From NCBI RefSeq assembly GCF_006345805.1, contig NC_042998.1, positions 87,792,001 through 87,856,000 of the forward strand: 64,000 bases of DNA, written 5' to 3'. The notes under the pieces are model-generated. The model ran no database searches. It saw only the letters and a list, made by a program, of their open reading frames with translations, and had not been told where the DNA came from. The translations under genes were made by a program, and so were the position numbers. Position 1 is the first letter of the stretch. Each line of letters begins with the position of its first letter. The stretch comes from Octopus sinensis (taxonomy: Eukaryota). Below are positions 12,421 through 28,213 of this stretch, one piece after another.

Positions 12421-13784
12421 AGACTGTAGACTCGCAGAATCGTCTGGGCATCGTACAAAATGACGTACACATATTTCTTCCATCTGCTTTACTTCCTCAC
12501 AGCGATCAACTAAGCTTAACTTAGCCTTTCATGTCTCTTAACTTAACTTAGCTTAACTTAGCCTTTCATGTCTCTTAGCATAAATTACCATCCGAGTTGA
12601 AACGATAATTTAATCTGAAGAAAGCAGCATTGTTGAATTTTGCAGGCTTTCTTCAAAGCCGGCGTTTAACTTGGATTACTGTAGACTGATGTATAAAGAA
12701 AGAACCTGGAGAATGATTGAGTGAACAGGAATTGTAGTTCTGAGTACAAAAGATATTTTAGCATTTAGAGACGATTGACGTTGGGTCGTGAACATTTTGT
12801 GGGGGTTTTTTTGTGGGGTTGCTCAACATAGAGAGAATAAATACGCACCAGTGATCTAGTGAGTTGTTGAATTTAGTAATTGGCAATTATTTGGTGGCTG
12901 TAATGTACATGGCATTTGTAAACTCATTAATAAATTAAATGAAACTGTTCCAATTAATTATCGAAACTGTGTCGGAGGTACTGTCCAAGAACTAATTAAT
13001 CCTTCCTCAAACATTGCTTTAGATTACTTACAAGGTGATCTTTAAGCGGAAATCGAGTGAATATACTATCAGGAGAATGTCTACTAGAGATGAACAGGCG
13101 TCTCCTAACTGGCGTGAGATAGATTAATGATTTACTATACTTCACTAAAATAGGGAAGATTTATTCATACAATGTCTTTCTCTTACTATTTCTTTGTTTC
13201 TTTAATTTTCTGCTTGTGAGCATTTTATTGTTTCGTTCATTATTTTATTACACTTGTAAATGGTAGTTTAATGACAGCTTCTCTTTCTATCGATTCCTTT
13301 GTTATGAAAGCCTGGGTAAACCTGGACAAGATTCGAAGTCACAAATGTGAAACATTGAACTGGTTGATGAATTTCCTTTATTAATAAAGAGTGGATAAAA
13401 TCTATTACATAGATTTCAGTATATTACTGGTATATATTTTAATTATCATCTTACAAGATATGAGTAACAAAGCTGATTTGAGTCCAGTAGATTATTATGA
13501 TATCCTTGTAGTTTTCTTTGTTCAAGATGACCTCGTCTTTTGTAGAGTGGGCGGGTGAATTAACAGAATAATCTATTGAATTGCACCAGAATATTTCTGA
13601 TACTTCGTATAGAGTACAGAGTATATATATTTTTTGGATTTGTAAATACACATACAGAGTTTGATGCGAGTCTACTTTCTTCTCTCTTGCATACTATTAT
13701 ATAACATTAAAAAAGGTTTCTCAGATGATTAGGCTGTAGCTACACTTGATGAATGGATAAGGATATTTACAGCTAGCTAGAGGT

Positions 13785-14070
13785 GAGTCTTGTGATTAGG
13801 GTCTTTCATTTGCGGTCGTGAGATTGCGGTTTCGATTCTCGGACCTGGGTGTGTGTTGTATACTTGAACAAAACACTTTATTTCACGTTGTTCTGCGATC
13901 ACTGCAATATCTGACTTGTGGTACACTGCGCACCTGTACAGGTAATGTGAATTTCATGCATTGAGAAAGCTCATATGCAGCACAAACATTGATCACTATA
14001 AACAAATCATACTGATTGTCCAGCAACAGATTACAGAACCGTCTTTCTCGGACTCGAGAAACTACCATTA
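13785..14070 (+). mobile_element. tRNA-derived SINE, family D (degenerate)
   Basis: B-box GGTTTCGATTCTC followed by GTGTTGTATACTTGAACAAAACACTTTATTTCACGTTG, shared with 62236-62407. Confidence 0.65.
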
Positions 14071-14617
14071 AGTGAGAGGAAGGAAAACAGAAATATGGCT
14101 TGAGTGAAGGTAATCCACTAAACCACCAAATGGCCCATGTAGCGGTGTTTAACCAGGCGACGGATTAAGCCTACCAACAAAGAAGTGGACTTTCACACAT
14201 TTTCCGTCAACCAATTTATACCTAACGATCGACCCGAAGTCACGTCAGCGATGTCAAACACGAAACTACGTGGTTGCGAGTGAATCCCTTAACACCATTG
14301 TCATCCTTATTGAGCACATGTTTTGAGACTTCATGTTGTCCACAGGCATTCAATTAGACAGGACACTTATGTTTACATTTCCACAGTTCACTTTTTTTGT
14401 TAAAAAGTGGTTTCAAATATTTCTTGGAAATATCTACTGCAATAAAGTCGCGTATTATTTATCAATCACTATACCGCATTTCAGAAGCACCAGTTTTACG
14501 CCCGTATTATTCGCGAAGGAATTATAATTTATCGAATGAATAGAGAGTTGACAAATTGAGAAAGGTTGAAAGAAAGAGAAATGCAGAGTGGTGTATACAG
14601 ATAGACAGAGTGTGATT

Positions 14618-14672
<55 letters not shown>

Positions 14673-16487
14673 AAGAAGGAATTGAAAGACAGAGAGCAAT
14701 TATTTATCAAGCGAAATTCAGAAGAAATTTGTGTCTGTTCTATCATGTCAACAGATATTGTGTCATCTAATATTTTTTCTATTTTTCTTTCTGTTCCATT
14801 TTTTCATCCGCGTTTTCAGTTTTCTTTTGTTCATTTATGCGTTGTTTTTTTTTCCACCACGTCTTCTTTCATTTAGTTTTCTATTTTCTTATTACTCGTA
14901 GCTTTTTTTCTCTCCTATTCAATTTCATTCGAAGGTCAAAGCTGTTTCTACAGCTAAGCTTTATTATCTAATACCGAAACACCTAATTTTCAAATGGTTT
15001 AATCGCTTTAGCTGAAACAGGCACCGGATTTATAAGGTTTATCACTTTAAGCGACAGTTAGACATTGTAAAATTGACGAGTGCTTCGGTTATATAGCAAA
15101 ACTCTGTTCAGATCCTTACGAGAATATCTACAGGAGTTGACATAGTGCCTACTAATTGACATGATATCAACCAATGATATTCACCGATAAGATATGGAAG
15201 GTTTATTCACGCAATGATTTTCTTTTAATGTTTCTTTTTTGTTTGTTTGCTTAGCATTTGTGTTTGAGTTTCGCCTTGTTTCGTTCTTTATTTGATTTCA
15301 TGTTTTAATGATTGCAATTTGGCACAGCGTTAATTAAATTCAATGAAATGTCATGAAGTAATTTAATGATATTCTAATTTGCTGTCAGATTGAATTCTTC
15401 TGACTTTTGTTCCTGCAAATGTCAACTTAGACCTTTATCACTTAAGAATCGATAAAATTAACACCAATAATTTCAGTTTGAGAATACCTGCAAAGGTCAG
15501 GAGTGACCACCGCACATTTTACTTTGACTAACTTCATTTTTATACTTTGTCTAAACCACTACAGTCAATATTAGAGTAAAGTTTTTGATTACAGTGAAAT
15601 TCTCTTTAAGGTAGAAACTTTCGCAACTTTTAAAAGAAGGTCATTTGTCAGTAATCTTTTCTTTTAGGATCTTTTCTTCAACAAGCCCCAAGCCAGTTCT
15701 GATTGGGTAGACATGAACAGAAGTATTTTAGCTGTGGCAACCATAAGTTAACTTTAGTTAATATTCCATTGTTTTTCTCAGATGGTAAAGTATGGTTTGA
15801 GGGATATATCACTGTTATTTAAAGATGTTCAAGCGACTGCGTAGAATCTTCCGCACAAGTTCAAAATTCTGGCAGGAATGTAAGTAAATACTCGGTGAAC
15901 AATAGTTCATCAGTCATTTTTAATATCTTGTGAGAAACTCAATTTTTTTGTCATAACATATCACTGAAGACATGGACGCCATAACTGCTCAAACTTAACT
16001 TAAATAGTTTGTTCAGACTTATGTAAATACATCATAATGTCTAACAGTCTAGATATTTCTAGATATTTCTTATCAATATGATAATTATGCTAATGCGAGA
16101 CAAAAAGGCAGACAGCATAATAGCAACAAAATTACTCTACTTTCATAACTCAAAATACGTATGACATGGCGGCCGACAGAATTAATTATAGTTATGTAAG
16201 AGACTAAATTTTGTTTTTAGCTTTTGCAATTTTAATACTGTGTGGTAGATATTCAATATCGTTGATCCCACCGCAAATTTGCAATAATTACATTGCTACA
16301 ATATTATCATAATAGTTTTACACAGTCTGTACCTTGCTTTCAGAATATGAACCAAAATTAACAAGCTTTAAGAAATAGTTAAGCGCATTTAATATAGAAT
16401 TTTCCCTAAAACCAAATATAGTTCCACCAGTCTCAATGTGCGTGTGTGTGTGTGTGTGTGTGGTGTGAATGTGTACATACATACATA

Positions 16488-16523
<36 letters not shown>

Positions 16524-16850
16524 GATAGGTGGATATCTTGTACCATTATGCAAGTGACGTCCGTCTAGTATAATGGTGTTTCAATAAGTAAGCATACGCT
16601 ACTTATCTCGGCATTTTGTGAGGGAGAGGACAAAGAACGTTAAAGAGTTGATAAAGAGCAGTGTACTGTTCTATTTCTTCTTCATCCTTGGCTGTTGGAA
16701 AGACATAGTGAGATTAAATATATGCACATATGATCCTGGATATGTATTTATTAATAAACTACCTAGATTAGAAATAATATTGTACATATAATTATACAGA
16801 ATTATACTTATAATTATATATATATATCTATATTCATATATATATATATG

Positions 16851-16884
<34 letters not shown>

Positions 16885-16885
<1 letters not shown>

Positions 16886-17123
16886 CGCCATGTTGATTCG
16901 TAGCCTCTGCACGCATTTTTTTACTCTCCTTCTTTCTGTGTCTCTTCTCTGTGTATCTTTCTGTTGAAGAGCGTAGGCTCGAAACGTTAAAGACTTGTTT
17001 TATTTATATTTCCTGAGCGCCATACTAATACAATTGTTTGTTTGTATTCCACCTGCCTTCGTCTTTTGTTTATTTCCGTAAACCTGCCTTCGTCTTTTGT
17101 CTATTTTCATAAAGCTTCCCGTT

Positions 17124-17125
<2 letters not shown>
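16885..17125 (+). mobile_element. Short non-coding hammerhead-bearing element (family A, subfamily 2); HHR at 16956-16993
   Basis: TCTTT-CTGTTGA-A-GAGC-GTAG-GCTC-GAAA-CGT-T-AAAGA; downstream TTCCTGAGCG block; its 3' end ...AAGCTTCCCGTTAT also occurs at 3976-4022 and 5268-5314 (minus); flanked by (TA)n. Confidence 0.75.
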
Positions 17126-17209
<84 letters not shown>

Positions 17210-17212
<3 letters not shown>

Positions 17213-17395
17213 GATAAAAAATAGCTGAGAAAACGTGGTACGTGCAAAGAATTAATAATATGCTCAGGGAAGGTAAAAATGGGTGTTTTACGTTTCGAGC
17301 AAAGTTATTTCTTCAGAAACAAGAGACAGAGGAAAGTCCAAAAGGAAAGGAAAACGGAGGGAAAAAATCGTCAACAATCCACCTACGTATTACGT
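17210..17395 (-). mobile_element. Short hammerhead-bearing element (family A, subfamily 3); HHR at 17284-17321
   Basis: Minus strand TGTTT-CTGAAGA-AATAACTTTGCTC-GAAA-CGT-A-AAACA (GUA cleavage triplet, stem II decayed), then CCCTGAGC block and (TA)n. Confidence 0.7.
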
Positions 17396-17493
17396 AGAGG
17401 GTAAACGTATCAGTGGTGTGTTCAGCTACTTAAACGACGGTTGAATGAACAAGTAATTCAGTTAAGTGTTGTTAAACGTGCAAAGGTCTAGAG

Positions 17494-18360
<867 letters not shown>

Positions 18361-18734
18361 TTGAATACACCACCGAAAGAGCTACTAATAGTTTCATGCT
18401 GTTATGAGACTTGAACAAGCATATTTATAAAATACGCCCTCGTTCAGACTCTTTTGACGTATGATTGTATGTGTGTATGTAGTATGTATGTATGTATGTA
18501 TCTATGTATGTATTATGTATGTATGTATGTATGTATATGTGTATTGAAGCACCAAAGAAGTTATAAGGTGATGCACAAGTACCCAGCACTAAGTGCTATG
18601 TATCTTATAGTAGAAATAGCTGTAAGCTAATGAAATTCATTGCATAATTTCTTGTTCCTTTGTTGTTTATTTAATTTTATATTATGCTCTGTACTCGACA
18701 GGCGCTTTGATCTGAAATATCTATCTATCTATAG

Positions 18735-18808
18735 CCTCGGGCCAACCAAAGCCTTGTAAGTGGATTTGGTAGACAGAAACTGAAAGAGGCTCGTCGTATA
18801 TATGTATA

Positions 18809-18845
<37 letters not shown>

Positions 18846-19110
18846 ATATATACGTATGTATATATATGTGTATATATATATATATACGTATGTATTTACT
18901 TATGTGTCTGTGTTTGTCCGTCCCACCCTTGCTTGACAACCGATGTTGATGTGTTTACGTCCCCGTAACATAGCGATTCAGCAAAAGAGACTGATAGGAT
19001 AGTTACTTGGCTTACAAAGAATAAGTCCTGGGGTCGATTAGTTCGACTAAAGATGGGCTCCAGCATGGCCACATTCAAATTACTGAAACTTATAAAAGAG
19101 TAAAAGCGTA
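18735..19110 (+). mobile_element. SINE family A, 5'-truncated, with internal (AT)n
   Basis: ATAGCCTCGGGCCAACCAAAGCC...GAAACTGAAAG...CTCCAGCATGGCC tail. Confidence 0.85.
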
Positions 19111-19237
19111 TACACAAACACACACATATATACACAAACAAACAGAAAGAGAGAAAAAGAGAGAGACGTCAGAGAACGATGTATGTATGTGCGTGTGTAT
19201 ATATATGTGTAAATATATACTATACATGCATACATAC

Positions 19238-19304
<67 letters not shown>

Positions 19305-19357
19305 GTATATATACACAGAAAATTAAACACATTGTTACTTATCATTATATATGTACA

Positions 19358-19395
<38 letters not shown>

Positions 19396-19924
19396 TAGAT
19401 ACATAAAAAGATGGAAGAATAGGTACATACATACATATATATATATACTTTTATAAGGGTGTTATTGTGCATGTGTGTGTAATGTTTACGTATATTGACA
19501 TATATTTCTCTCTATCGATCAATCTATCAATCTCTCTTCTTTCTTTCTCTCATCCCCCCCTCTCTCTCTCTTCTATAAATATATATGTATATATCTATAT
19601 ATATATATATATATATAATATATATATATATATTATACATATATATTCATATATACACGGAAACTGAAAGCAACCCGTCGTGTATATGTGTGTGTGTATG
19701 TTTGTGTGTCTGTGTTGTACCCCCAACACGTTCTGTTTACGTCCCCGTAACTTAGCGGTTCGGCAAAAGAGACCGATAGAATAAGTACTTAGGCTTACAA
19801 TTTGTTCAACTAAAAGCGGTGCTCCAGCGTGGCCACAGTCAAATGGCTCAAACAAGTAAGAGTAAAAGAGTATACATACATACTTATATATATATATATA
19901 CACACATACATATATATATATATG

Positions 19925-19982
<58 letters not shown>

Positions 19983-20161
19983 CATATAAATATATACACA
20001 CACATATATATATATATATGTATATATAAATATATACACACACATATATATATATATGTAATATATATATACACATATATATATATAGTATATATATATA
20101 TATACACATACATATATATATATGTATAATATATATATGTATATATATATATATTATATAC

Positions 20162-20224
<63 letters not shown>

Positions 20225-20539
20225 GTATACACATATATGTAATATATATATATATATTATATATATGTATATATATATGTATACACATACATATATATAT
20301 ATATATTATATATATATATATATGTATATATATACACATACATCTATATATATATATTATAGGTGTGTATATACACATACATCTATGTATATATACATAC
20401 ACATACATATATATATATATATGTTATATATATATATATATAACACAATATATATATACATATATGTATAATGTGTGTGTGTAGTAAATCCCTAAAAAGA
20501 ACAAATGTGTGTGTTAGTGTCTATGTATCTGCGTGTGTG

Positions 20540-20583
<44 letters not shown>

Positions 20584-20641
20584 TAATATATATGTATATA
20601 TATATATATGTATGTACATATATATATTACACATACACCTA

Positions 20642-20682
<41 letters not shown>

Positions 20683-20697
20683 TATACACCTACATAT

Positions 20698-20761
<64 letters not shown>

Positions 20762-20826
20762 CATACATCTATATATATACATACACATACATATATATAT
20801 ATATACATACATCTATATATATACAT

Positions 20827-20877
<51 letters not shown>

Positions 20878-21040
20878 CACATACATATATATACATATAT
20901 GTATATGTGTGTGTGTAGTAAATCTCTAAAAAAGAACAAACACAAACGAAAAAAAAGTAACACAACGCGTGGACGTGGTACATGTAAAGTATTAGCAGAC
21001 GAATTAGGGAAGGAAAGGAAGATGGTTTTAAAGTTTCGAG

Positions 21041-21133
<93 letters not shown>

Positions 21134-21202
21134 TATGTGTGTTTTAGTGTCTATGTATCTGCGTGTGTGTGTATATATATATGTATATTATATATATATA
21201 TA

Positions 21203-21284
<82 letters not shown>

Positions 21285-21290
21285 TATATA
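19100..21290. repeat. ~2.2 kb compound (AT)n/(AC)n/(GT)n low-complexity block containing a SINE A fragment (19667-19872)
   Basis: Directly visible; source of many poly-IY pseudo-ORFs. Confidence 0.95.
20941..21042 (-). mobile_element. 3' half of a family A hammerhead element, truncated inside the ribozyme
   Basis: Minus strand GCTC-GAAA-CTTTAAAAACC...TACCACGTCCACGCGTTGTG, homologous to 4440-4540. Confidence 0.6.
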
Positions 21291-21669
21291 CGGAGATGTC
21301 TATTAATATATACATGCAGATACACATAGATTTATGTTTCACTGCTTTTAGTACCTTAATAAATATATTAGTTCAGTTACTATTTTATGGAATGTTATTC
21401 CTCAAATGGGACACAAAGGAGCACAACATTAAAACTGCCATGACTGGATGAGGAGTGCAGATATATGCGCGTGCCTGTATGTTCGCTCATGTGTGATTAT
21501 ATACACACATATATATATATGTGTGTATGTTTTATGTATATATGATATATATGAATGCAGTGATATATGTATGTATGTATATATTTATATGTATGTATGC
21601 AAGTATGTATGTGTGTGTATGTATGTATGTATGTGTATATGTATGTTTGTTTGTATGTATGTATATTTG

Positions 21670-21703
<34 letters not shown>

Positions 21704-22379
21704 TGTATGTATGTATGCCTATATGGAAAAATCTACGAAATCAATTCACGAAACAGTACTTAAAGCGAGTTTGTAGCAGATGACAGCTGCTGAAGGCTCC
21801 TTCAGCGGGTTCGAATGCAGAACCACGTGGTTTGGATGCGAACTTTTTTATCTGTCAGCTGTGCTCTCTTTTTGTCCTCTCTGTCTCTTCCTATATTATA
21901 TACATATATAGACATCCATCCGTAGGTATGTGCATATACATGCATGAAAACAACACATCCACACATACATATATTTGCATATATGTACATATATACCTGT
22001 ATATGTGTCTGTGCATATTTACTCTTGTTGACAAAAAAAGCAGACGACACCCCCACAAACAAAAGTGCTAAAAATTAAACATCAACAAAGAAGAGTGAAA
22101 AAAGAAGAAGGAAAGAAAGAACTTCAACTGAAAGTGTGCAACTCACTTGAAAGGGAAACGTTTTCTGGAACAAACCTTAGATTCTGTTATTGCAAGACCG
22201 TTGTTTGGTTTTGACACAACGGAGTGTTTCTGATTTCGTATACTTATCTTTTTTTGTATGTATATGTGACTGTGTGTTCCCTCGGCGTAATTTTGTTTGC
22301 TGTCTTCTCTCACTAAAAACTGTTAATGGAGTGTTGGTTAGAATCGTATTCTACTTTATATAGTTAACTACTACTACTA

Positions 22380-22419
<40 letters not shown>

Positions 22420-23109
22420 AGCCGCTGCTGCTGCCGCTGCTTCTGCCGTTGCTGCTGCCGCGGCTGTTCGTTGCTGTTGTTACTCCTACTGCAACTGTTA
22501 CTGCTGCTGTGAATGCTGCAGCTATGTTTGTTTAACTTATTAGGAGTAGACACAGTAACGCTATCAGCCTCAAGTACCACTTGATGAAGAAAGTGATGGT
22601 GTAAAGACGTGTGTTCGTTCGTTTGTCTCCCTAGTAATTTTTTTCTCTCATTATTTTACCAAAGGTGATAAATGGCTTTATTGGCTTACGGGGTTAAACG
22701 GACCTTATTTAATTTGTGGTTATAGGTTAGCAGCAAAAACTGGGAGCAGGCACTAGTATTTGACATACGAGAGGGATCATGATCGGGGTCATATATGACT
22801 GGAATGGGTACTCTACGAATTACCTTATTTCGTTGACAATTCCCCCATATATGGGATCATTTCTACCCATATTTCAGTTTGCCCTTTTTTGTTCTTGCTA
22901 TTTTTTGTTATCTATTTACCAAGGGTTTCTATTAATGTTGCTGTTCTCCTCCTCGTGCCTTTACTCAGTGCAAACCCTTATCATCATCACCAACACCACT
23001 CTTTATTGCTTCTTGCTTCCTTTTGCATGTCACATTTGTACTGTCCCCAACGACTTGGACCCTAGAGGCCAATAGAACAAAAAACAGCGTTGTTATTATA
23101 ATTGTGAGC

Positions 23110-23290
23110 TGACAAAACCTGCATTTGCATGTCGCCTTTTCTTCCGTTCTGAGTTAAAATTCTCCCAAGGTAGATTTTGTCATTCATCCTTTCGGGGTCG
23201 ATAAAATAAGTACGAGTAGAGTACTGGGGTCGATGTAATCGACTAGACACTCACCACCACTCAAAAGCATTTCGGGTCTTATCGTTGAGA
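23110..23290 (+). mobile_element. SINE family B (degenerate)
   Basis: TTCTGAGTTAAAATTC..TCATCCTTTCGGGGTCGATAAAATAAGTAC..GGGGTCGATGTAATCGAC. Confidence 0.8.
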
Positions 23291-24374
23291 CGATTATTAT
23301 TTTATTTCTGTTATTAAAGTTCGTGTTGGATATTTTGTTATATGTATATATGCTTGTTAAAGATACATACATACGCACACATATGTATATATATAACATA
23401 CAGACGTTTTGAGTTCGCAACGAATATTTCCAAACACCTGCCTTATGTTAGTAGACAAAAAAGAATAATACATACACACGTGTGTGCGCACGCGCGCGCA
23501 CACATACACACACACACACACACATGCACACATATACCTGGACGCAGACTTAGAGTGAGTTGTGAAGAGATGAGGATAATGATGATGATATAGGAATGAG
23601 ATGTTGTTGTTGCTGTTGTTGTTGATGATGATGATGTTGCCACTGGTGATGGTGGTGGCGGTGGCGGCGGCGGTGGTGGAGGTGCTGTTAGGAGAATACT
23701 GTTGTTTTGTTGTCATTTAACCACTGGCCAACCCTGTTTGGACAGTCTTCTGATAAGAACGAAATCTCATCATGACCTTGCCGTCTGTTTCTTTTTTTTT
23801 TTTTTTGGAGGGGACTCTATCAAGAACTATATTACCTAATGTATGTTCTTTATTTAATTATTCAATTAATTTTTTATTGGCGGTATTTCAATGCAGCGGG
23901 GCGGGGGTATAATTTGAAAGAGCTTTTGTTCCTATTTCTAGCAACTCCATCAACCATCATTGTCGTTGGTAGCATTAACAGTAAATGGGTTTAGGGGTTG
24001 GAATTGGTGATGACAGTAGCAGTAATTGTAATGGTAGTGACAATAAGCTTCTCATGTTTCATTCTTGAGTGCATCTAACAAGTCTACTGCATATTCTTCT
24101 TCTTTTCCGGGTTTCTCTCCACCCCCTACCGCCCAAATCATCACGATTTCACAGAGCCATCACATTCAGTCAAGCTTATAGCCTACACTTTTTTTTCGTT
24201 TTTTAATTAGCTTGTTAAAAGAAAAAGAAAAATTATGGAGCTGACCATAAGTACAGACTTTGATCAAGTGGGATGAAAACCAGGATGTCCAGGAATAATC
24301 CAAAATCGCAAAACAACGATTTCCTTTGATTGCCACCAGGACGCAACGGATGACGGGGACGACACGGAAATTTA

Positions 24375-24408
<34 letters not shown>

Positions 24409-24644
24409 ACTACTACTACTACTACTACTACTGGCAAGATGACGATGAAGGAAAAGTGGCAGAGAGGGCAAAGAAAATTGAATGTAGTAATAAATAAGGA
24501 AAAAATATAATAGAATAAAACAGGGTATTCACAACATTACGGGGGTGTGGCCGCACACACACACACACACACATACGTACATACATATATGAATATCTGG
24601 GTGTGTATGCGCGTGCATACTTGTATGAAAGCAGGCGTGTTTGT

Positions 24645-24836
24645 ATATTCTTTTATTCTTTTGTTTCAATTATTTTACTGTGGCCATGCTGGAGCACCGC
24701 CTTTAGTCGAACAAATCGACTCCAGGAGTTATTCTTTGTAAGCTTAGTACTTATTCTATTGCTCACTTTTGCCGAACCACGATGTTACGAGGACGTAAAC
24801 ACACCAACATCGGCTGCTAAGCGATGGTAGGGGTAC

Positions 24837-24876
<40 letters not shown>

Positions 24877-25040
24877 ACGATGAGCTTCTTTCAATTCCGT
24901 CTACCAACGTCGCTCACAAGGTTTTGGTCGGCCTGAGGCTATAGTAGAAGACACTTGCCCAAGGTGCCACGAAGTGAAACTGAACCCAGAAGAATGTGGT
25001 TGGGAAGCAAGCTTCTTGCTACACACAGTTACTCCTGCTG
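24645..25040 (-). mobile_element. SINE family A, full length, internal (CA)n
   Basis: Contains GACACTTGCCCAAGGTGCCAC and GGCCATGCTGGAGCACCGCC (reverse of head domain and tail). Confidence 0.9.
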
Positions 25041-25048
25041 CCTGTGTG

Positions 25049-25097
<49 letters not shown>

Positions 25098-25473
25098 TTT
25101 ATGTATGTATATATGTAATATATATGAATGTATATATATGTATATATATATACGTATGTATATGTATATTATATATATATACGTATGTATATATATATAT
25201 ATATATATATATACGTATGTATATATATATACGTATATATATATACGTATGTATATATGCATATATATGCGTATATATATATGTGCGTGTGTGTATACCC
25301 ACACATACACCACACACACATATGCGTATATGTGTGTTACTGAGAGTTTGTGTGTCGGTGTGTGCATACATGCACGTGCTCTGCATCCAGGCATGCTCAA
25401 GTCTGTCTCTTCTTCTCTCTCTCTCTCTCTCGATATATATATACATATATATATATTTAACATATATATATAG

Positions 25474-25511
<38 letters not shown>

Positions 25512-25819
25512 ACGTGTATATGAATATTTACGTGCATCAGTTGTTAGATCAGTCGCCACCTTTATTGATACTACTGTCTACAACAAAACTTGTACGTGCT
25601 GCTACCACTTTCTCCAGCTGTTCATGAATGGTGATTTATGACGACGACGGTGATGATGATGATGATGATGAGGATTATCGTCGTTCTGACGATGATAAAC
25701 AATACTGCTCGTGCAGACGGTGAAAATACTGAGAAAAGCGACGATGACAACGACAACGGTTGATGACCTTCATAGTCAATAATAATAATAACCAATTATA
25801 AGCACTAATTATCATGATG

Positions 25820-26035
25820 GTTATAGATTTTGGCACAAGCGCAGAAGTTATTGGGAAGTAGGATCAGTTGATCACATCGCTCCCCGTGCTCAACAGGTAC
25901 TTATTTTATCGACCCCGAAAAGATGAAAAGCAAATTCGTCCTCGGTGGAAGTTGAACTCAGAACGCGAAGAACTCAGGAGAAATGTCTCTAAACACTTTT
26001 GTCGATGTGCTATCGAGTCTGCAGTATTCGCCGCC
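25820..26035 (-). mobile_element. SINE family B (degenerate)
   Basis: GGTACTTATTTTATCGACCCCGAAAAGATGAAAAGCAAA..GAACTCAGAAC core. Confidence 0.75.
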
Positions 26036-26975
26036 CTAACCAATAATGATAATAATAATAATAATAATAATAGTAATAATAATAATAATCGTTTCTTCAC
26101 TAACCAATAAGGGTTTACAAAGGGATCAAGGACCCTACTGGTCAACACAATGTATAATTACATCAAAGACCGTGTAAACAAAAAAATAACAATAAGAATT
26201 TTAATAATGAAGAATAATCATAATTATTAGTAATTACTGAAATTGTTGAAAACCGTATCTGAGCCTGATCGAGCGTACTTGCAATAGAAGACGTTCCAAC
26301 TATGACCACCACGCTTTATTTACTTTTTATCAACTCTAGTGTATGTAACTCTATGTAATACATCAATACATCATATTTTATATATATTTTTTAAAATTTT
26401 GTTTTTCCTCTTTTTATTTTGAGACTCTGTTAGGTTGTAATTCGAGGGTGATTTGGCTGCAATTTCTAACAGGTCAAGCAACCACTTAGAGGTCTCCTCC
26501 TCAACTGCTCGTGACCGCGTACAGGTGGTCTGCTACTGCCTTTTGTATGTAGTTGCTTTCGTCATAGTCACACCTCTTTAGCCGATCCTATCACAGAGTT
26601 GAGGTAGCGGGGGCGCGTTCAGACATCATATGACGACGGTTGCGGCTGCAGTGGTAAATATTAGTATTAACCATTCCATCTATACATTAACAAAAAAAGA
26701 TAATAATAATGATAAAAAATAAATGCAGAAAAATAAGGAAATGAAAAGGCGAAAAAGAAACCCACTCATTTTATTTGCCGATATTCCTTATAGGATTTAT
26801 AGGTGAATATAACTGAATATGAATATGTGCGCGTGAATGTACACACACACACACACACACACACCACAGACACACACACACACGCGCGTCCTGCTACTTC
26901 TACTCTCTCTCTGTCACATGTATTTTCTATTCTTCCAACACCTCTCTCTCTCTGTCTATTTATCTATCTATCTAC

Positions 26976-27032
<57 letters not shown>

Positions 27033-28148
27033 GGCAGAAGTAAGTATTAGTGTATATATGTGTGTGTATGTATATATATATATATATATACACACACGTA
27101 TATATATATATATATATGTACACACACGTATTATATATATATTATATATATATATATATATAATATATATAACGCAAACATACAAACACACACACTCACA
27201 CGTACGCGCGCACACACACACACATCTTCACGTGCAGCTTTCCAGATTATGTATTCTCTGTCTATCTGGCAGTTCTCTCTCAAATGAGTTTGTTGCACTC
27301 CTTCTTCTCTCTCTTTCGTCTACATTTTTCTCCGCCCCCATTTTTATCTCTTTTTCTCTGTGCTACTTCGCCCACTTCACTACGCTCTTCTCCTTCACTC
27401 CTTTACCCTCTCACTTTCTCTCTCCCTCTCTCTCATCTATTTCCCTTTCTCTGAGTTTCTATTTCGACTTAATTGCATATTGCACCTACCATTCTATAAT
27501 TCTTCGCTGTCCTCTGCAGTTCTTTAATCTTTACTCACTGTATTTCTGGTTTGTCTCCTAGTCAATATGGCTCCACCTACCCATTCTTTCTTTCGATACT
27601 TCTCCTCTCTCTTTTCTTTTCTCTCTATATCTCTCTACCATTTCCGTTATCTCTTCTGTCGTCGACGTCTCCCCACGCCGTTCCTCAATCTCTAATTCCT
27701 GTTGTCTAACTCTTCTCTTGTCTCTTTCCTTCTTCATTTCTGTTTCACATGTTCAAGAGTATTCACGAAGTTCCTGTAGTTTAACCAGACCAAACGAACC
27801 GTCCAAACGAACACCCACTCGCATACATACACTAAGACAAAATCTCCACTCACACATCCATATACACGTGCATACGCGCACACACATATGGATATATGTG
27901 TGTGCTTTCTTTTTGGTTTTGTCTATTATATACTTATGAGTATTTTGGGCCCATGCACATAATGTGTGTTTGTGTGTGTAATATAATAATTATTATTTCA
28001 AATTTTTGCCACAAGGGCAGCTTGGGAGGAGGTGGGGATGAGTCGAATATATCGACCCCAGTGTTCAACTGGTACTTATTTTATTGACCCCGAAATAATG
28101 AAAAGGCAAAGTCGACCTCGGCGGAATTTGAATTCAGATATAATAATA

Positions 28149-28204
<56 letters not shown>

Positions 28205-28213
28205 TAATAATAA

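Noticed and set aside
15782-15879. Good acceptor/donor pair
   Set aside because: Stops in all three frames; overlaps a dispersed repeat motif.
22370-23700. Mosaic trinucleotide tracts (CTA/GCT at 22370-22520; TGT/GAT/GGT at 23590-23700) resembling poly-Ala/Thr coding
   Set aside because: No splice signals or flanking coding context; decayed simple repeats.
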